In this document: piece after piece, positions 44,207-48,366 of the stretch
Layout: every line of letters begins with the position of its first letter
How positions within the stretch are numbered: position 1 is the first letter of the stretch
Source of the DNA: an uncultured Erysipelotrichaceae bacterium
GTDB lineage: Bacteria > Bacillota_I > Bacilli_A > RFN20 > CAG-826
Assembly (NCBI GenBank): GCA_902800255.1
Contig: CADCDV010000001.1
Coordinates: 1 to 48,366, forward strand
Reading direction: 5' to 3'
DNA: 48,366 bases
Notes under the pieces: generated by a model
What the model was told of the DNA's origin: nothing
The model's database searches: none
The model's input: the letters and a program-made list of their open reading frames with translations, nothing else
Program-made: the position numbers and the translations under genes

Positions 44207-44234
44207 AAAAAAAGCAGGTCTTTTTCAACCTGCT
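44207..44234 (-). terminator. Rho-independent terminator after jag/khpB
   Basis: agcaggt (44213-44219) pairs with acctgct (44228-44234). A U7 tract follows on minus. Confidence 0.65.
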
Positions 44235-44240
44235 TAATTA

Positions 44241-44846
44241 TTAGTCGACGTATTTGATTGTGACGGCTCTGTCGTGGCCTTCGCCGCTTGATTCGGTTTT
44301 GATGTGGCTCATTCCGTTGAGGGTGTTGTGGATGATTCTTCTCTCATCGGCGGTCATTGGATCAAGCTTGACGCTGACTTTAGTCTTGATGACTTCGCGA
44401 GCGGTCTTTTTGGCAACCCACTGGAGACGATCGTATTTGTCTTCTTTGTATCCGCCGACATCAAGAAGGATCCTGTATCTGTGACGGAACTTGTTGCTGA
44501 CAGCGAGTCTTGCGAGTTCGTTGAGAGCTTGGAGAGTACGTCCACCCTTACCAATAAGGATTGGGTTTCTCTCGGAGTTGATGTTGACGTGGATGATGTC
44601 TTCATCGATGGTGGAAGAGGTTTCGGCTTCAACGCCCATTCCGCCAAGAGCGGTCTTGAGATATTCCTCAGCGAAGGCGGCGGCATCATCGATATCATAG
44701 ATTTCGATGGTGGCTTCCTTGCCGATTCCGAATAAGCCTTTCTTTTCTTCGATGACTTTGTAGATCAATTGCTCGGCCGGAATGTTAACGGCTTTGCTGG
44801 CGGCCTGAACGGCTTCTTCAACAGTTTTACTGGTGAAATGTTTCAT
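44241..44846 (-). CDS. khpB: RNA-binding protein Jag/KhpB (Jag_N, KH, R3H)
   Basis: ..IGKGGRTLQALN.. (KH GXXG) and a C-terminal R3H motif (..ERRIIHN.L....). Conserved position after yidC. Confidence 0.85.
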   Translation of the reverse strand: MKHFTSKTVEEAVQAASKAVNIPAEQLIYKVIEEKKGLFGIGKEATIEIYDIDDAAAFAEEYLKTALGGMGVEAETSSTIDEDIIHVNINSERNPILIGKGGRTLQALNELARLAVSNKFRHRYRILLDVGGYKEDKYDRLQWVAKKTAREVIKTKVSVKLDPMTADERRIIHNTLNGMSHIKTESSGEGHDRAVTIKYVD

Positions 44847-44859
44847 TTATGTGGTCCTC

Positions 44860-46482
44860 CTAACGATCTTTTTTACGACGCATGATGAGCTGGATGATCG
44901 CGGTCTGAGCCATAGCGACGAGACCACCAATCGTCCAATAGACGCCCATAGCGGCAGGGAGCGAGAAGCCAAGGATGATGGTGAAGATTAACATGAACCA
45001 AGAGACCATCTTTTGGGTTCTAGCTGTTTTATCAGCGGCAGGGTTGGCCGAGGTTTTGGAAAGTTTTTTGTTTCTGGCAGCATTGATCCATTGTGGCAAC
45101 TTCATTGCACAGAACTGGGTCGCAGCCATGAGAACAAAGAGAACGCCAGCAGTCCACCAACCGGTGGTGTTTGCATACCAGGTTCCCGAGAAGTTAGAGA
45201 GAACAGAAGAAAGAGGATCGCTCAATCTAAGATTTAAGACTTCACCACTAGAAAGGGCGGCTGATCCTTGGAGAGCTCCCCAAACAGAAACGAAGACAGG
45301 GAATTGAACGATGATGGCTAAGATAGAGGAAAGAGGATTGACCTTATTTCTTCTATAAAGGGCCATGGTTTCCTGAGAAACCCTAGCTTGTTCGGCTTGG
45401 TTGGTGTTGGAGTTAGGATATTTCGCCTGGATCTTCGCAATTTGTGGCTGCAAAGCAGTCATCTTTTGTTGATCAAGGGTGCTCTTGAAGGTCAATAAGA
45501 CGACCAACAATCTCACGATTATCGTGGTAAGGACGAGAGCCCAAATCTGACCAACACCAGATAAGCCTGGGTCGAATGCATTACTAAGGGTATCAACTAA
45601 GCAAGCGACAGGATAGACGATCAAGCCTTCGAGGAAGCCGTGCGACCAAGCTTCTCCCCAGGAAATCGATTCCATTTTGACCTGCCAGTTGTTGGAAGCG
45701 CCATAGTGGCCATAGCTTCCTTCTTTGGTGGTGATGCAGGTACGAACATTGTTGGTAAGAGAGATGAATCCACCTTTATAAGATGCGGTGAAGTCGGCGT
45801 TTGGAACGCTGGCAGAACCGCTTCCTGGTTTGGCAGTATCAATTTCTTTTTGGATTTCTTCAGTCCATTTGTCCCAGTTACCGAAGTCGAATTTAATGGT
45901 TGTGTTTCCAGATTCGGCATCAAAGGTTTTGGTGATGAATTTGAGGTAACCGTAATTTCTAAGGATGCTGTCCTCAGTGATGGTGACACCTTCTTCATTT
46001 CCAACACAATCAGCTACGCTGAATGGGTTGATTTTGGCGGCGGTTAAAGACGCTTCGGTGATGGTGATGCCGTCTGCTTTTGCTGCTGAAATAGCGGCCT
46101 CCAAAAGTTTCTGGTCCATCTTTTTGAAATACTCATAAGAAGGAATGGAAATCTTCTTTTCGACCGCGCTTTTTATGATATTGTTCGTTAAAAAATCTGC
46201 TTTTTTGGCAGCGTAATAACCATTTTCGTCGACAGGGATGTACGCCCAAAGATTCTCATTGCCTTGTTCTTTTAAAGGCTGGAATGAAAGATCTGGGGTT
46301 CTATATTCCTCAGGAACAGAAGATTCCCCATCAACATAAACGGTAACGCCTTGGTCGTAAGGGTAAGCGATGCGCGCTTTTTCGATGTCTGAGCAGAAAT
46401 TCGAAACACAGCCTGAAAGCATCAAGGTCCCTGCAGCAAGGCCAAGCGCTCCAAGCAATTTAACTTTCGTGCGTTTATTCAA
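44860..46482 (-). CDS. yidC: YidC/Oxa1-family membrane insertase, lipoprotein form with a ~280-aa N-terminal extracytoplasmic extension
   Basis: Lipobox LMLSGC at aa 20-25. The C-terminal core carries ..QQKMTALQPQIAKIQAKY.. and ..ALYRRNKVNP..S.L....Q.P.F... and ends in a basic tail. TTG start 4 nt after the rnpA stop. Confidence 0.85.
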   Translation of the reverse strand: MNKRTKVKLLGALGLAAGTLMLSGCVSNFCSDIEKARIAYPYDQGVTVYVDGESSVPEEYRTPDLSFQPLKEQGNENLWAYIPVDENGYYAAKKADFLTNNIIKSAVEKKISIPSYEYFKKMDQKLLEAAISAAKADGITITEASLTAAKINPFSVADCVGNEEGVTITEDSILRNYGYLKFITKTFDAESGNTTIKFDFGNWDKWTEEIQKEIDTAKPGSGSASVPNADFTASYKGGFISLTNNVRTCITTKEGSYGHYGASNNWQVKMESISWGEAWSHGFLEGLIVYPVACLVDTLSNAFDPGLSGVGQIWALVLTTIIVRLLVVLLTFKSTLDQQKMTALQPQIAKIQAKYPNSNTNQAEQARVSQETMALYRRNKVNPLSSILAIIVQFPVFVSVWGALQGSAALSSGEVLNLRLSDPLSSVLSNFSGTWYANTTGWWTAGVLFVLMAATQFCAMKLPQWINAARNKKLSKTSANPAADKTARTQKMVSWFMLIFTIILGFSLPAAMGVYWTIGGLVAMAQTAIIQLIMRRKKDR

Positions 46483-46486
46483 GGTT

Positions 46487-46813
46487 TTATTCTCCGATGT
46501 TTTTTATGGCATCGATGAGTTCTAGCTTTTCTTTTTCAAAATCCGCAGTGTCGTATGTGGCACGCGCCACAATCACGATATCAACCGGGCGACTCAGGTC
46601 GAAGCCTTGGCCGATCATGTATCTGATCTGCCTCTTAATTTTGTTGCGGGTAACCGCATGTCCATTTCTTTTGCTAACGGATATCCCAATTCGGGCCTCT
46701 CCGCTTTCTCTTACACGAGAATTGATTAGGAAATGCGGCGTTCTGACACGCCTGGATGAACCGATAATTTCGGAAAACTCTTCATATTTGAGAATTCTGT
46801 TCTCTTTTTTCAT
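46487..46813 (-). CDS. rnpA: Ribonuclease P protein component
   Basis: ..SVSKRNGHAVTRNKIKRQIR.. is the RNR motif. Position between rpmH and yidC. Confidence 0.9.
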   Translation of the reverse strand: MKKENRILKYEEFSEIIGSSRRVRTPHFLINSRVRESGEARIGISVSKRNGHAVTRNKIKRQIRYMIGQGFDLSRPVDIVIVARATYDTADFEKEKLELIDAIKNIGE

Positions 46814-46841
46814 TAGGCGTTCTTAAAAACAAAAAGGAAAA

Positions 46842-46976
46842 TTAGGCAGCGATTCTTGCTCTGCCTTTGGCGCGACGACGGGCTAAGACTTTACGGCCAT
46901 TGTGGGTGGACATTCTGGCACGGAATCCAGCTTCATTAGCGTGTTTGATTTTAGATGGTTGGTATGTTTTTTTCAT
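46842..46976 (-). CDS. rpmH: 50S ribosomal protein L34
   Basis: Not in the ORF track because it is only 44 aa. My translation gives [53 protein letters not shown] lies 8 nt upstream. Confidence 0.95.
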   Translation of the reverse strand: MKKTYQPSKIKHANEAGFRARMSTHNGRKVLARRRAKGRARIAA

Positions 46977-47545
46977 GTACTTTTCCTCCGAGGTTCACTT
47001 ACGTGCTAAGAGATTATAAGTTTTACTACTTAGTAAAACAATAAAAGAATTATAGACCTCTCTCGCGTGCGTGTTTCCTTATTAATAGGTTGCGGTGACT
47101 CAAAAATACCCAAAATTATTGGAAACAGTCCATCCATTTACATTTTTTGAATAAGTTAACAACAGTCTTTGGAATAAGGGAAATTTAAAGGTTACAAAAG
47201 CAAAAAATTAGTACTTTTAAAATGACGATATTTGATCACGCTTTTCAACAAAACGTTATATTTCTGAGTGTGGTTTATGTGGTTATTTCAAGAATCATTA
47301 GGCTAGGGCTTACCTTTGGCGAAAAAGTAATTGTTGATAGGTGTTTTAACTACATGGTTGTCCACAATTTTAAATTCTTTTACATTTTATGAACAAGTTT
47401 TCCACAATAAATACGGTGTATAAACTAAAAAGTAAGGTCTTTACCGAGTGTTTTTCCTCAAAAAAGTGTTGATAAGTCAATTTCAAGTATAAAAAAGATG
47501 GTTCTTTATTTATGAAATGTGGTAAATTTTTCGTACAAATTTCCT
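46977..47545. other. oriC-type replication-origin spacer between rpmH and dnaA, with a cluster of DnaA-box-like 9-mers
   Basis: AT-rich 569-bp non-coding region. One-mismatch boxes relative to TTATCCACA/TGTGGATAA: TTGTCCACA 47358-47366, TTTTCCACA 47398-47406, TGTTGATAA 47467-47475. Two-mismatch boxes: 47269-47277, 47278-47286, 47332-47340, 47518-47526. The rpmH|dnaA junction is the classical position. Confidence 0.7.
47013..47041 (-). promoter_or_regulatory. Candidate rpmH promoter TTGTTT-17 nt-TATAAT whose spacer is a 9-2-9 palindrome (GTTTTACTA-ct-TAGTAAAAC)
   Basis: On the minus strand the -10 is TATAAT (plus 47013-47018) and the -35 is TTGTTT (plus 47036-47041). The palindrome spans 47020-47039. 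Confidence 0.5.
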
Positions 47546-48366
47546 ATGGAACTAACAATCAGTGAACTCACCGCTCTTTGGGACCGCACTTTGAGCAAAA
47601 TTAAGACCAAACTCGCAGACAACATTGTCTACGATTCTTTTTTTGCCGAGAGCTACATCCACTCCATTGAAGGAAACAAAATCATCGTAGTTGTGAATAG
47701 CGGTTTAGCCGCCACAATCATCAAGATGAAATACATCGATATCGTTAATTCTTCGATCAATGAAGTTACCGGTAGCGACTTCGAATTGTCTTTCGTAATT
47801 GCAAGTGATTTGAAGACAATTAATGAAAAAAAGCCTGCAAAACCTGAATATTTTTCAGATTCTGTACTCAATCCAAACTACACTTTCCAGACATTCGTCT
47901 CTGGTCAATCTAACCTCGAAGCCTTCCAAGCTTCCTTGATGATCAGCCAAAACCCAGGAAGTCTTTATAACCCTCTTTATTTATATGGAGATAGTGGTTT
48001 AGGAAAGACCCACCTTCTCCACGCGATTGGCAACGCGATTAAAGAGAAGTTCCCAAATAAGAGGGTTCTCTATGTTCACGCCCAGGAATTCCTTGATGAG
48101 TATGTGAAATACGTCAAAGGCGATAAGGAAGGTATGTCGATTGTTGATTGGTTTAAGAACTCAGTCGATGTTCTTCTCGTCGATGATGTCCAATTCCTAT
48201 CTAATAAGAAAGCAACAGAGGAGACTTTCTTCTCTATTTACAACCACTTCTACTCAATGAATAAGCAGATCGCCCTCACAAGCGATCAACCACCGGCGAA
48301 ACTCCAGGATCTCGATGAAAGATTGAGAACCAGATTCACCCAAGGCTTACCTTTATCTATTAATAC
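47546..48366 (+). CDS. dnaA: Chromosomal replication initiator DnaA (N-terminal ~273 codons, continues past the right edge)
   Basis: My own translation gives MELTISELTALWDRTLSKIK...YTFQTFV.G.SN..A..A......PG..YNPLYLYGDSGLGKTHLLHAIGN...VLYV....F......LLVDDVQFL..K..T.E.FF..YN. The frame runs off the edge, so it is absent from the ORF track. Confidence 0.95.
   Translation, partial: MELTISELTALWDRTLSKIKTKLADNIVYDSFFAESYIHSIEGNKIIVVVNSGLAATIIKMKYIDIVNSSINEVTGSDFELSFVIASDLKTINEKKPAKPEYFSDSVLNPNYTFQTFVSGQSNLEAFQASLMISQNPGSLYNPLYLYGDSGLGKTHLLHAIGNAIKEKFPNKRVLYVHAQEFLDEYVKYVKGDKEGMSIVDWFKNSVDVLLVDDVQFLSNKKATEETFFSIYNHFYSMNKQIALTSDQPPAKLQDLDERLRTRFTQGLPLSIN

Noticed and set aside
1-48366. Mollicutes-type genetic code 4 (UGA = Trp), considered because of the reduced, Mollicutes-like gene order
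   Set aside because: Several well-conserved genes end at TGA at the expected length, for example mfd (23898-23900) and the ArsR regulator (5655-5657). No conserved gene appears split at an in-frame TGA.
1-48366. CRISPR arrays, tRNA/rRNA genes, transposases, integrases, prophage or known defence-system genes
   Set aside because: No spaced direct-repeat arrays were found, and no cloverleaf-like sequences appear in the few intergenic gaps over 100 nt. No ORF has recombinase, nuclease-helicase or phage structural signatures. The accessory blocks lack flanking repeats that I could detect by eye.

Overview
This window is the origin-proximal 48.4 kb of a compact Bacillota-type chromosome that uses the standard genetic code (TGA is a stop). 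The gene content and tight packing suggest a reduced Bacilli, Mollicutes-like or Erysipelotrichia-like lineage, but that lineage call is inference only.

dnaA starts at 47546 (+) and runs off the right edge. It is preceded by an AT-rich oriC-like spacer with DnaA boxes (46977-47545). Left of the origin, 36 of the 42 remaining genes lie on the minus strand, co-directional with leftward replication. Their order is rpmH-rnpA-yidC-jag-mnmE-tatD-rnmV-rsmA-ispE-glmU-like, then pth-mfd-S4-tilS-ftsH-dusB, an ABC exporter pair, lysS-rpsF-ssb-rpsR, then gdpP-rplI-dnaB (dnaB runs off the left edge).

Two accessory blocks interrupt this housekeeping backbone:
- Block 1 (3.6-12.3 kb) holds a Zn/Cd-type P-type ATPase with a CzrA/SmtB-like repressor and twin operators. 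It also holds a 1180-aa fused MacB/FtsX-type ABC protein, two paralogous 4-TM proteins flanking an AlkD-like gene, and a membrane-anchored C39-like cysteine peptidase.
- Block 2 (27.9-38.7 kb) holds a flavodoxin-like gene, DUF368, TetR, an FGGY kinase and a complete GDP-D-glycero-alpha-D-manno-heptose operon (hddA, a fused hddC-gmhB, gmhA). It also holds GlpQ, a disrupted ppdK, and an orphan DinJ/RelB antitoxin with operator repeats. This block abuts a C-terminally truncated glmU-like gene.

I found no rRNA, tRNA, CRISPR array, transposase, integrase or phage genes, and no recognisable defence system. The best candidates for undescribed biology are the 9.7-12.3 kb membrane-paralog/AlkD-like/C39-like cluster and the heptose/FGGY/TetR module. 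Both are functional inferences from sequence reading alone. All product calls come from motif recognition and recalled homology, not from database searches.
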